Positions 1 to 12,534 of a DNA stretch of 60,000 nt are shown one piece after another; position 1 is the first letter of the stretch, and every line of letters starts with the position of its first letter. A model generated the notes under the pieces. It did no database searches. It worked only from the letters and a program-made list of their open reading frames with translations, and was not told where the DNA came from. Source of the stretch: Mobula hypostoma (Eukaryota); NCBI RefSeq assembly GCF_963921235.1, contig NC_086108.1, positions 32,180,001 through 32,240,000 on the forward strand, in the 5' to 3' direction. Both the position numbers and the translations under genes were made by a program.

Positions 1-330
1 CCCCTTTCTCTTTCCTTCAACTGCCTATCAGTCCCCCTCGGATGCCCCTCTCCTTCCCTTCCTCCCATGGTCCATTCTCATCTTATTCAGCCCTATCACC
101 TCCATGCTTTTCACTTCTTCCTCCTCCCCCACCTTCCCCCTCACCTGACTTCACATATCACCTTCCAGCTTGTACTCCTTCCCCACCCCACCCCACCTTC
201 TTATTCTGGCTTCCTCCCTCTTCCTTTCCAGTACTGATGAAGGGTCTCAGCCTGAAATATCAACTACTTATTTCCCTCTATGGATGCTGTTTGACCTGCT
301 GATTTCCTACAGCATTTCATGTGTGTTACG
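1..330 (+). mobile_element. Penelope-like element terminal repeat with degenerate minimal hammerhead motif
   Basis: Pyrimidine-rich stretch, then CTGATGA-agggtctcagcct-GAAA-ta-TC (234-261), then ...gatgctgtttgacctgctga...agcattt. Same family as 27662-28012 and 48786-48888. Confidence 0.7.
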
Positions 331-421
331 CAAAATATTTGACAAAATGTATCCAGAGAAACCACTTCATTCTTCAAACAAAGCAGTTTCACAAAAAATT
401 AAGGGTATGCAAGTAACGTAC

Positions 422-564
422 AGCAACAGAGCTTTGGTTCTCAAGGCAGGGTCATCACACTGGGAGTTTTTAAACTCTTCTACCTCCTTTTCTAAATTTG
501 TTAACTGTCTCTGAAGCTTTTCTCGCAGCACTGGAAGAGTCTTCCGAATGTGGTTTGTCAGTTG
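422..564 (-). CDS. dnm3: Dynamin exon 7 (GTPase C-terminal helix/BSE into stalk)
   Basis: acag|CAA CTG...TTG CT|gtacgt; 143 nt; [47 protein letters not shown]. The gene continues beyond the left edge. Confidence 0.95.
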
Positions 565-3271
565 CTGTTAAAAAAAAATGTGAATGGTATAACATTAAAA
601 AGAAAATCAACCCTATTAAACATGAACAAATTATAACAGACATAAATGAAGTGGAAAGGCAATAAATTTATTGCTCTTCCATTGGAATTTTAGAACAACC
701 ATGAAATTCACGATAATGAAATTGAAGATGAAAAGGTTAAGCAAATATATAATTGTTTAACGTGGTCACAAAATTAAACACTGATAATGATAATGAAACT
801 GATAATGAAATCACATAATGATTTAAAATACACTTTTCATCTTTCTGGAACATTCAGGCCAAATTAATCAGATAATAGCCGACAATATTTTTAACAAGTC
901 TGAGTGAAATGAGAATTCAATGCAAAATGTAGAAAATTCCAGAAATCTAAAATAAAACGACAAAAACAAATGCTGCATATACTTTTGGAAATTACAGGTA
1001 GGTTAATGCTAAATATTAAAAGGAAAATCAGATATATCATAAACATTCATATCAGAAACATCAAAGGTTTCTAAATTACCATTAAAGGAAATTTAACATC
1101 AAGTCCCCGCTCCAAGACCCAATGGTTCACAATTTGCTACAAAGTCAGGTTGATAAAAACAGATGAAAATAATGCTGAATTGCAACATCTACTCAACTAG
1201 CAAAGAGCTCACTGAACATGGTAAGATACATCACATCAACAAAAGAAATTGGCAACCTGGATTTGAAGCAGATCTCAAATGTCACACACAGGTAATGGAA
1301 AGATAGGGCATAAGACAGTTTTAATACTAGCAAATAGAAAACATACAAGTTCTTGAAGTTTCCTTGAAGAAAGATTAAGTATCCTCAAACAGAAATCTCT
1401 CGTCTGTGAATTTTCAAAATGCTCATTCGGTAACGCACTAAGCACCTCAGATCTTTGAGACATAAGCATATAGAGGATACACACAAACGACAAAAGGAGC
1501 ACACAATATTCCAAACAACCTCCTACCTGCCCTGTACATCACCACTTCCAATGGCTCTTCAGCCTCCTTCAATCTCAGAGATCTAGAGTGGAAGCAAGCT
1601 ATCCTCGAGCTCAGGGGACTGCCTAAGAAGAAAACTACTTTTAAGTAAAATAAACCATTGTGCGGAAATTATAAAGGTATTGCCTCCCCAGAGAACCAAG
1701 GAAACAAAATTCACTGGTACTCTTCTGACCCAATCACCTTCATGCTGCTGAACAAATAAAGCTGGAATATCAGTGTTGATTCAGAAAGCACACAGGAGAA
1801 GTCACGTTCAATGTCTAGTAGATCCAAGAACAATGTTGGAAATAACATCAGAAACTCTACATGAGTTTCAGGGACTTGATAAAAGTCCAGAGTCCATAAA
1901 TGACAAAGCTTTGTGAAAGGCGCTGGCCGTATTGGACAACCCTACAAAATGCATACATGAACTGAAGCTTCTGCATGACCAGATCACTTCCAGCATTTCT
2001 CACACTGACTCACAGCCAGACCTATTCATCACCCAAAAGGAAATATTATTGTTTCAACCTTGTGTTCCATTTATTATTATCCCAGTCTTATACAATGGTG
2101 TTCTTTCTGGAATCGATTGAAAATTGGACACAAGGATCTTTAATATTTGATGCCAACAGTCAAGATCTGAGTTTCCAGGACATCTCTTACTGACCTCTAA
2201 TACCTTAATCATTGTGCCCTGCTTGAACATACCAAGAGTGACCCAAGAACTCTGTTACACATCTTTTTGTAGGATAGCCCAAGGCTAGAGTTTTACCCCA
2301 GTATCAAGATGATTTGCACACAATACATCACAATTCACTATCAAGACTGATTCAGGAGCAATTCCTTTACTTATACTGGGGCTATTTTCCCCCAAAGTGA
2401 GCATCTATGATGAGACATAGCACACATCTTCTGAGAAACAAATTCAGCATGTCTTTTCTGACTATGATCTATGGAAATGATAAAAATACTGAATAAATGG
2501 AGGTCCTCAGTTACTGAATTTCACATTGGCCTGCAATATGTTAATGATTGTGCACGCACCATAAGTGATTATCAGACTGATTAAAGATATTTAGCTCTAT
2601 CATCTTTACTCTTAAGTATTGATGTGAAACTTGGGTGACTTTCCCAGTATCGCCAGAAGAACCCAGTCAGCTACCACCCATAATACTTCTTTAAAATCCC
2701 TTCACTCTACAGGGAGGGGCAAAAGACAAAGACAAAAGCACCAGCACTGAAACAATGATCCTCAGACATAAACTCAGTTGGACAACAATAATGTATCCTA
2801 ACTCTCAAAGACTACTGAAGATAAGTCTAAAGAAAACAGCCATAGACATGAAGGACAGAGAAAAAGAGGGATCAAGCAGATGTTAAAGGCACCAAAGTTA
2901 GAACCAGCTTTGAAGAGAACTCCTGGTCTTCAAAACTGATTGTAAGACATATAAAGTAAAACCAACCCTAACCAGTGGGCAGCTCTCAAAAGGACACATC
3001 TACAATTTTGGAGAATGAATCTGTTCACCTTGGATAGGATTAATCAGTCACATCATGATTCATCAGTGAGGGAGAGTGGAAATCAAAATTTCTTGTAGAA
3101 TTTATTATCAAATCATTATACCAGTAATTAATTCATTTCATTATTAAAATAAAAAGAAACATTTTTGCATCAGCATTATTTTGGCAGAAAAGTACACTTA
3201 CAGCTAATATCTATGCAAACAAATGAACTATTACAATAAAAACCGATAGCAGTCCAACCACTACTTCTCAC

Positions 3272-3432
3272 CTCATTGAGGATCCTCTGAAGGTACGGAG
3301 TTCCCATACGTTCTGCCATGTGTTTATATGCTGAATGAGAAAGGAAAAAACTTCTTTCTGCTGCAAGTGCCGCTTTAATGTCCTTCTTTCCTTCAATATC
3401 CTTCTGGCTTCTGTTGACAACACCAATATATC
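3272..3432 (-). CDS. dnm3: Dynamin exon 6
   Basis: ttag|GA TAT...AAT GAG|gtgaga; 161 nt; [54 protein letters not shown]. Confidence 0.96.
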
Positions 3433-4840
3433 CTAACGGCCACGAAAATACAAATATAAATTGTTAATGATTCTTTATCATATATGTAAAGGTTAATATT
3501 CATCCTTCAGATATAAAATTATCCACAATCAACATTTCTAAACATACCAAAAAACAGACCATCTATTTTAACTATTAATATTTGTGGGGGCTTCATGTAC
3601 ACAAATTGTCTGCCATGTTAAATCAGTAAGCGTTTAGCATTTAATTGCCTGTGAGCTGCTTTGGAATGATTTGTAAGAGACCTAAATGGTGCTTTATACA
3701 TGTAAGACTTCTACTTCTTTTTAAAGTACTTGGTGGTAAGGTCAGTCTTTACCGACCATCTGTAGTTCCATTTGAAAAAAGAGGTGGTGAACACAATTTA
3801 GATGCTTGATGTTACATTAAAAATGAAGAATTTTGTCATGGGACTTAAATTCACTGAGCTGTTGAATTTTTATAAAAATTACTGTCTTTTTTTTTACTTA
3901 AAGCTGCTTGGTGTGAGTTATCACAACTTAAGAGTCAGGCTAGTTATGACAAGTTAACATTGGGGCTGTGTTCTGACCAAAACTGGCATATTTTCCTACA
4001 TGCTACTGTCATGTGCCTTCGTCTCATCCACAGTGTGCCTATTTATACAATGGAACTAATTGAAACTATTTAGCCTTGTTCACCTACTGTAAATGCCAGT
4101 ACCAAAGTGCTCCAGATCGACTTCTTAGCAACATGCCAAAGAGTGGTGACTTTTTGTGTGCTGCTCCTAAGGGAATCAAGTATTACAACTACTGCAGCTC
4201 AAATCTGCAGTAACAGAGAATGCATTGTTAACACTATTATAAGTTATTTAAAAGAACTAGCGATCTTCAGACCTGACAGACTCAGGACTGCAGACCATCC
4301 AGGGAGCGGGTGAAGCAGCTGGAGTCTCGGGGAATAATTCTATTATCTCAGGAAAAGTGTCTGCTGGAGAGGGCTATAGGTAAAACATAGAGCCGAAGAA
4401 CTCCACCCCCACCCCCTACCAGCCCTCCCAGCTAATGTAGTCTCTGAAAAATAAAATTGAAGATTTTAGTGCAAGACTGCAGTAACAGAGAGACCTCAGG
4501 GACTACTGTATATTCTGCTTCACAGAGGCATGGCTCACCTCCGGCATTCCAGACAGAGTGCCCCAGACTTATGGCTTCACCATCCACTGCATGGACTGGG
4601 TGGCAGCATCAGATAAAGAAAGTGGGGCCAGTGTATGCTTCATGATCAACTCATGATCACAGACTGGATATGGTGCTCCTTCTACCCTGACCTGGAACAT
4701 TTGGAACTCATGTGACGTCCATTCTATCTGCTGACGAATTAGTCTGCTGTCATCCTGGTAGCAGTGTACAATCCATCTCTGGTAAACATCAAGCTGGCAT
4801 TGGACTGGTGCATTCTGACTGATTGTATCACAGCCTGATA

Positions 4841-4985
4841 CAGAACATAGAAAATCTATAGCACTTCACAGGCCTTTCGGCCCGCGACGTTGTGCCGACC
4901 ATGTAACCTACTTCAAGAATTACCTTATCGCATAGCCCTCTATTTTTCTATGCTCCATGTACATAACTGTCTCCTAAAACATCCC
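4841..4985 (-). mobile_element. CR1-type LINE 3' tail fragment
   Basis: agaacatagaaa...ggcctttcggcccgcgacgttgtgccgacc is the reverse complement of the CR1 3' UTR seen at 48470-48540. Confidence 0.65.
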
Positions 4986-5357
4986 ATGGAGCCTCCAATG
5001 CTCAGTAGACTGAGATTCGGCCAGCTCCATCATCAGCACAGCCCTCCCTGACAAAGAGGACATCCTCAAGAAGACAGAATCCATCATTAAAAACTCTCAC
5101 CATCCAGGGCATGCTCTCTCTCTTCACTTTACTGCTATAAGGAGGAAGTACAGGAGACTGAAGACCCACAATTAATGTTTTAGACTCCCTCTATCACCAC
5201 AATATACCATAAATATTGTCAAGGGCAGACAAAGCTCAATTGCTTTAATCAAACCACATTATAATCTCAACAACCATACTATTGAAGAAAAATTGCTTTT
5301 GAACGCAATTGTTTTAGACATTCAGCACTCTAAAAATTAATCAACTACAATGCCCTA

Positions 5358-5474
<117 letters not shown>

Positions 5475-6466
5475 TTAGATCAGAAGAAACAAATTGTTAA
5501 ATGAGAAGCTAATTAAACTTCAGTTTTCATACAGCAGATTAGTTCCATTTTCTGCATGTGTGATGGAAGGAAGTTAATCGGTGTAGTCACATAAAGTTCT
5601 GCTAAATATCATCAACCAACCATAAAGCTCCAGAGAAACTGGAAGTTTCAATTACAGATATACAGTACGAATACTTAAAATAGCACTAAATACTACTATG
5701 AGAAAATGGTATTTAATAATTTTTTAAACATTTGACATCAGGCAGGTTTGACATAGTATCAAACATACTGCAGCACCAATATAAAGTCTGCAAATCAGTG
5801 GACCATATATTGGATCTACCTTCCTCAAGTTTCTCGTTCTTCTAGTCAATGCCTTTTCAGGTGATGCAAAAACATGCATCTTCAATTTCACCCAAAAGGC
5901 AAAAAGCTGTCACAAAAACATCAGTGCCAGACTATATTCAAAAACCAACGCTGGATAGCAGATTGACTACATCAGTTACATGGCTACAACTAGTGAGGGG
6001 GAAGATTTACACAGTATTCCACAAGTCTGGCATTCTGCAGATGGCAAGTCACCTTAAAGACTTAAAAGCTCGATTTATAGTCTTCCTGAACTTCAGAGCT
6101 AAGCCACTGAGACTGGTGTATCTACTAAAATAGTAAGGGATATCAGAGTCAGTTCTCAATGACAACAATTTGATGTTAATGTTCTAATTACTTTTGGAAT
6201 AACATTTTCCTCTTCTTCCTCGAAACCACATTCCCATCCTCCAACTTCCACAAATATTGTGCCACAAAATCATTTGTCACATGTGTAAAATGAAAAAGAC
6301 CCGATTGACACAAAGATATGTACTTAGTAGGGCCCACAGCACATCCTGCAATACCCTCTGAGTTTTGTGCTAAAAGATATGATCCTTTTGTCAGTATCAA
6401 ATTTGGAAAAAAGCCTAAAACAAAGATTTTTTAAATGTTAAGCAGTATGGCAAAAGAATCCCTTAC

Positions 6467-6670
6467 CTTGAGGATCAACATCTTTTGCTAACTTAAGTGC
6501 ATCTGAATTAGCCAAATCTGTGTTAGCTGGTGTTACGGCTAAAATAAGGCACCTTTTTTGTATGATGAATTGCATAATCATGTCCCTGATCTGGTACTCA
6601 ATATCTGCTGGTTGATCTCCTACTGGCACTTTTGTGATACCAGGCAAGTCAATCAAGGTCAAGTTTAGCA
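6467..6670 (-). CDS. dnm3: Dynamin exon 4 (G3 DLPG motif)
   Basis: acag|TG CTA...CAA G|gtaagg; 204 nt; [69 protein letters not shown]. Confidence 0.97.
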
Positions 6671-7779
6671 CTGTAAAAACAAAACAGAAGGATAAACAAC
6701 TACTACTGCTTTCATCAATGCAACCGAAGGATAAAGATTTTCCAGCTCCATTTCAGTGTCATGATTAGAACATAAAAAAATTAAATAAGACCAATTTTAA
6801 CTGCTGACATCAGCTTCGTTCTTTCATATTTATTCCTTTTTTTTTGGTTGTCAGCTTCTAAGGCAAGGTATGCACTTAGTGCCCATCATTTTTGGTTCCT
6901 GAGGTTTTGGTGGTGGTGAACCATCACCTTGAACTGTTATAGTTCTTGTGGTGAAGGTTCTCCCAGACTGATGTTAGATCGGGAGTTCTACTGTGTAGCC
7001 GCAGCAACAATGACGAAGAGTCATACTTTTCTGAGACAGGACTGCATATGATTTGAAAGGGAATATGTAGTTGTTCCTATGCACCTGCTGCTTTTGTCCT
7101 TCACCGTGGTAGATGTTTCAGGTTTGAGAGGTGGTATCAAAATAGCCTAGATGAATAATTGCAATTCATTGGTACATACTGCAGCCTCCAAGTGCCAGTG
7201 GCAGAGGGAATAAATATTTAGAATGGTGGATGGGGTACAAATCAAGCTGTTGCTTTTTCATGGGTGTCAAACTCAACTACTGTTATAACAGCATTCATCT
7301 TTGTAAATAAAGCATGTTCTATAACAACCCTGACTTATACCTTGTTGACAAAGGGCTTGGATGTTAGGAAATGCGATGAAAAAGCATTCCAGAATGTATA
7401 TGGTATACATTTCTCTCACATTAAATGCATCTTTGAAACTTTGAAACCTTTGAGTAACCTCATCACAGAATATCCAACCTCTAAGCTACTCTGTTGACAC
7501 AGTATTTGTATAGTTGATCTAGTTGAGTTTATGGCCAATTCAAACTCCAAGAAAGTTGATGGTAGGACACTTAAGTGATGGGAATGTCACTGAATGTAAA
7601 AGAGTGGGGAGACTCTCACTTACTGGCACTTTGCGTCAAACTTGCAGCATGCAGAATTGAAGTATTTCCAGAGGAATGACAACAGAATTAAACATTTATC
7701 TAACCATGAGGTACATCCTGTAAAAAAAGATTCATACTTTTGTTTCAGAAAGGTAGCAAGGACAGATAATGCAACTACC

Positions 7780-8114
7780 TGCAGCTGTTGTAGGGAAGTT
7801 ACTGGAGGGTATTCTGGGAGACAAGATCTACCATCACTTGGATAGTCAAGGCCTGATCAGGAATATTCTGCATGGCTTTGTATAAGGGAGGCCATGTCTG
7901 ATGAATCTTTTGGAGTACTTCAAAGATGTAGCTCAGGGGATAGAAGGTAGTAGGATAAAATTTGGGAATAATGGTGGTCTTTTCTGGTTGGCTGTTGATG
8001 ACTAATGGTGTTCTGCAGGGGTCGGTGTTAGGACAACTTCTCACATTACATGTTAATGATCTGGATGACAGCATTGTTGTCTTTGTTGCCAAGTGTGTGG
8101 ATGATGCAAAGATA
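7780..8114 (+). mobile_element. Degenerate CR1 RT fragment (host of a Tc1 insertion)
   Basis: GVLQGSVLG...INDLDD...DDAKI-like sequence; resumes as 'taggtg' after the Tc1. Confidence 0.65.
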
Positions 8115-9671
8115 CAGTGTCTATAAAATGTGTTCACCACCCCCTTGGAAGTTTTCATGTTCTATTGTTTTATAACAATGAATCACAGTGGATTTAATTT
8201 GGCTTTTTTGAAACTGATCAACAGAAAAGACTCTTTTGTGTCAAAGTGAAAACAAATTTCTGTATGTTGGTCTAAATTTATTACAATTATTTAACACAAA
8301 ATAATTGATTGCATAATTACTCACCCCCTTCAAGTCAGTACTCAGTCGATGCACCTTTGGCAGCAATTATAGCCTTGAGTCTGTGTGGATAGGTCTCTGT
8401 CAGCTTTGCACATCAAGACACTGCAATTTTTCCCCATTCCCCTATACAAAACTGATCAAGCGCTGTCATAGACTGCATGGGGATCATGAATGAAAAGTGC
8501 TTTACAAGTCCAGCCACAAATTCTCAATTGGATTGAGTTCTGGACTCTTGACTTGACTACTCCAGGACATTAACTTTGTTGCTTTTAACCCATTCCTTTG
8601 GCTTTATACTTCGGGTCATTGTCTTGCTAGAAAATAAATCTTCCCCCAAGTCACAGTTTTCTTGCAGTCTACAGCAGGTTTTCCTCCAGGATTCCCTGTA
8701 TTTTGCTGCATTCATTTTACTCTCTACCTTCATAAGCCTTCCAGGGCCTGCTGCAATGAAGTATCCCCACAGCATGATGCAGCTTACGCCAAACATAGCA
8801 TTTAGTCTGATGGCCAAAAAGCTCAATTTTGGTTTCATCAGACCATAGAACCTTCTGCCAGCTGCCTTCAGAGTTTCCCATATGCCTTCTGGCAAACTCT
8901 AGCCAAGGTTTCATGTTAGTTCTTCCTCTTTACCACTCCCCTATAAAGCTGCCACTGATCAAGCACCCGAGCAACAGTTGTTGTATGCACAGTCTCTCCC
9001 ATCTCAGCCACTGAAGCTTGTAACTCCTCCAGTTATCATAGTGTCTCTTGGTGCCCTCCCTCACTAGTTCCCTTCTTGCATGGTCACTCAGTGTTTGAGG
9101 ATAGCCTGCTCTGGAAAGATTTACAGCTGTACTATATTCTTTCCATTGCTTGACAATTGACCTAATGTAAGCCAATGGATATTCGGTGACTTGGAAATCT
9201 TCTTGTATCCATTCCTGACTTGTGCTTTTCATTAACCTCTTCATCGAGTTACTTGGAGTGTTCTTTTGTGCTCATGGTGTAGTTTTTGCCAGGACACAGA
9301 CTCACTAGTACTTGGACTTTCCAGATTCAGGTGTATTTTTCCTACAAACAATTGAAACACCTTGACGGCACATAGGTCTCCAAAAACTAATTATGTGACT
9401 TCTAAAACCAATTAGCTGCACCAGTGATGATTTGGTGTGTCATACTAAAGAAGAGAGAATCCTTACGTGAATCAATGATTTTGTGTTTTATATTTGTAAT
9501 TAATTTAGATTACTTTGTAGAGATCTGTTTTCACTTTGGCACAAAAGAGTCTTCTTCTGCTGATCAGTGTCAAATGAGCCAACTTATATCCACTGTTATT
9601 CAATGTTGTAAAACAATAAAATTATGAAAATCTCTGGGGGGGGAGGGGGATGAATACTTTTATAGGCACTG
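8115..9671 (-). mobile_element. Tc1-like DNA transposon with long (~220 bp) TIRs and a decayed transposase
   Basis: TA|cagtgtctataaaa...ttttataggcactg|TA; extended inverted repeats; frameshifted transposase pieces KVLWSDETKIELFG and KMNAAKYRE. Confidence 0.92.
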
Positions 9672-10134
9672 TAGGTGCTTTTAAGCAGTGTGCATTTTTT
9701 ACCTTTGACACACATTTCTCAAGTATTCTCCATATTAAATGCTTCGAATATTACATGCATTGAATAGCGTTTTGTTGGATTTGGCAATCCAAGAAGTTTG
9801 TGTACGCCACTTCTTTTAGTGGACACTGGCACATCTTATCAGGTTCTTCAAAGCTAGAGAATTTCATCATTTCTTTTTTCTACAGCGTTTTAAACATCAT
9901 CTGTCAATTTCATGCAAGTTGGAAGTATTTCATTTTCCTTTTCTACTAAGTTAGGAACCAAATTCATTTGTAAACCTGGACAAATCACCCACCAGTGTGG
10001 TTACTTCAGTTTGCCATTTATAAATGGCAAGATCTCTCCTGAAAGCAGCTTTCTACACAAAAATGCCATATGGAATCAGTTCATAGTCATCTTAAGATAC
10101 ACGGAAGTAAAGTTCAATTTCACCTTTTACATAC

Positions 10135-10284
10135 CATTTGGTGAGTGGATTCTCAGGTTAATGGGTATTGATGAAATCCCTTTGTTTGTTCCAGTTGCCC
10201 TGTCTGTTTCTACTTCAATTTCACGACACACTTCTTCAAAATCAGTGAACTTCTCTCCTTTACGATGTAGGAATTCAGCATATT
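10135..10284 (-). CDS. dnm3: Dynamin exon 3
   Basis: tatag|AA TAT...AAT G|gtatgt; 150 nt; [58 protein letters not shown] is DNM3-like. Confidence 0.95.
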
Positions 10285-10899
10285 CTATAACAAAGAAAAA
10301 TAGTTAAATAATGGAACTATACATATAGGCCACTAAAGATGAGCAATATTGAACAAAAGTAAGTTTCTTTGACTCAGGAGGCACCATCAGTCATATCAAG
10401 GTAACAACATAAACGCTGTCAATAATGGACAATCTTAGTAAGACAAAGATAAGGTTCTATGAAAAGTTTATTAAATCAACAGGCATTCCATAGACTAATG
10501 CTTGCTTTTCATATTTTAGAGTAATCTGTTTCTTTTAGGAAAAACCCTACTTCTCTTTCAAAAATGCAGTGAGACCTTTTACATCATCCTTAAGAATAAT
10601 AAAGAAGCATAAAAAAAATTTGCTGCAGTCAAAATTAAGCATTCACCACATCTTTCTCTACACATCATATCCTTTTTCCAGTTACAGTGGAAGATCATTA
10701 ACTGAAATATTTTTCTCTCTATAGATGCTGCCTACCCTGCAGAGAATTTATTTCAATGTAGAGATATTATCTTCACTGTGATGTGCAAATAGAGAGTCAA
10801 AATCGTACACTAGAATCCAGGCTACACACAATAATTTTATGTCTGGTAATATTCTTGAAGTTAATGTAGAAAATAAATATTCAGTAGAATGTACATTAC

Positions 10900-10973
10900 C
10901 TGTAGTACAGTTAACCAGTTGTAAAATGAGAGGCCGTCTTGTAACAATGCCTGGCCCTCGGGGAAGAAAATCT
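10900..10973 (-). CDS. dnm3: Classical dynamin (DNM3-like) exon 2, switch I region
   Basis: ttag|A GAT TTT...ACA G|gtaatg; 74 nt; translates (R)[24 protein letters not shown](E). Size and phase match vertebrate dynamin exon 2. Paralog assignment is tentative. Confidence 0.95.
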
Positions 10974-12534
10974 CTAAGGTTATAAGAGGGAAAGAGGCAA
11001 ATTTTAAGTTTTGTTTTCACTAAAAACAAAGATATTAGGAAAAAAACCTGTTACAATATTTACAGCAGCAATAAGAGCCCAAAAGGAAAACTATGTTAAA
11101 TTGTACGAGATGTTAAGCCATATAGGGCTGCACTTGGCTGACAGGTTGCAATGAAATTAAATTCAAGATGTAAATCTCTAGACCCAACACCTCACACTGT
11201 AGTGAACAAGAGGGACATCAATATGCTTGAATTTAGTCCACATGCACCAAACAAGATTTTTATCAATACCAGTTATTGACAACTGATTTAAATCTACATT
11301 TAAAGAAAAAGTTTCAGCATCTTCCAAATCTTGGTGAAGCTAAGTCATGTTTTTCCAAAAATACTGATAACATAAAATGTAACAGATATGAATCTTGAGG
11401 AAGGAGGGAAAAATGGGATACAACTAAAGTAAAAAAGAAAGAAAAAAAGAAAAAAGAATGTGCAATTGCCTTTGGGAATGCAAAGTGAATCCACAGCTTT
11501 GTTTTAACACTGAAAATGTAATAGCTGAGCAACGTATGATATTTTGAAACAAATGAAGTTGAACTCCTTCTACTGACACCTAAAAAGTTCTGGTCCTTTA
11601 CTGTTCAAAGTGGAAGACGTTGAAAGCCAAAACATTATGCTTTGGAAGCACACGAAGCAGCAGGAGTGCAGAGCACCTCACAAATTATCCGACCCTCCAC
11701 ACCTACCTTTTAGAATCCATAAAACTTGAGTAAAATTAAGATGGAAATGGGAGGGGTTAAGCAAGAAGCCTCAAGTCATCACTGTAATTTCTAGTTTCTA
11801 ATAATGAACCAGATTCAGAAATTCAAATTAAAATTAATCATGTAAATATGAAAGCTGAATGTTATCTCAGTAAACAAAAAAGAACAGTATAAAGTATGTT
11901 GCTTAGGTCGCATAATGGCAAAATAATTTAAGAGATAAATGACTTATTTTTCATGAATCTTGTTAACACACAAAATGTAAGGGAGTGAAAGAGGCCTTAA
12001 TAATTTCAACAATTTGTATCCACAAGCACAGAGGAGCATTCAGCCATAGTTTAAAACCTATTCAAGGGCACACTCAAATTATAAAAGATCCCAGCCAGAC
12101 TACACAAGCTCTTGTCCCGGGAATATTAATGAAACTTTCAAGACTTAAAAAAAATTCACACTGCCAAATTACAATTGCAAAATACCACGGAAGCTGGAAC
12201 TCATAAATGAAAACATACAATTCGAAAAGTACTCTGTAGACCAGGTAGCATCTAGCATCTACGAGGGGGAAAAAAAAGCTACTTGTACTTCAGGATAATG
12301 ATTTGTCCTCAGCTAAAAATTGTAACTTAAATATTGAGTCATGAGAATGGCTGGAAAACTTGGGTCATAATTTTTAAAAATGCACAGAAGATGTAAATTT
12401 TTAAAGTTATCACAATATAAGTATATGCGAAAGAAATATAATGCTTAAGTTAGGCAAAGCCCAATTTAAGGTGTACTAGGAGTTCTTCATGTGAAATGAG
12501 AATTCTGCATTTAAAGGCAACATACTGCAATTGT

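Noticed and set aside
10748..11029. 93-aa ORF as a standalone gene (likewise 6438-6671)
   Set aside because: Only the exon portion is dynamin; the flanks are intron read-through.
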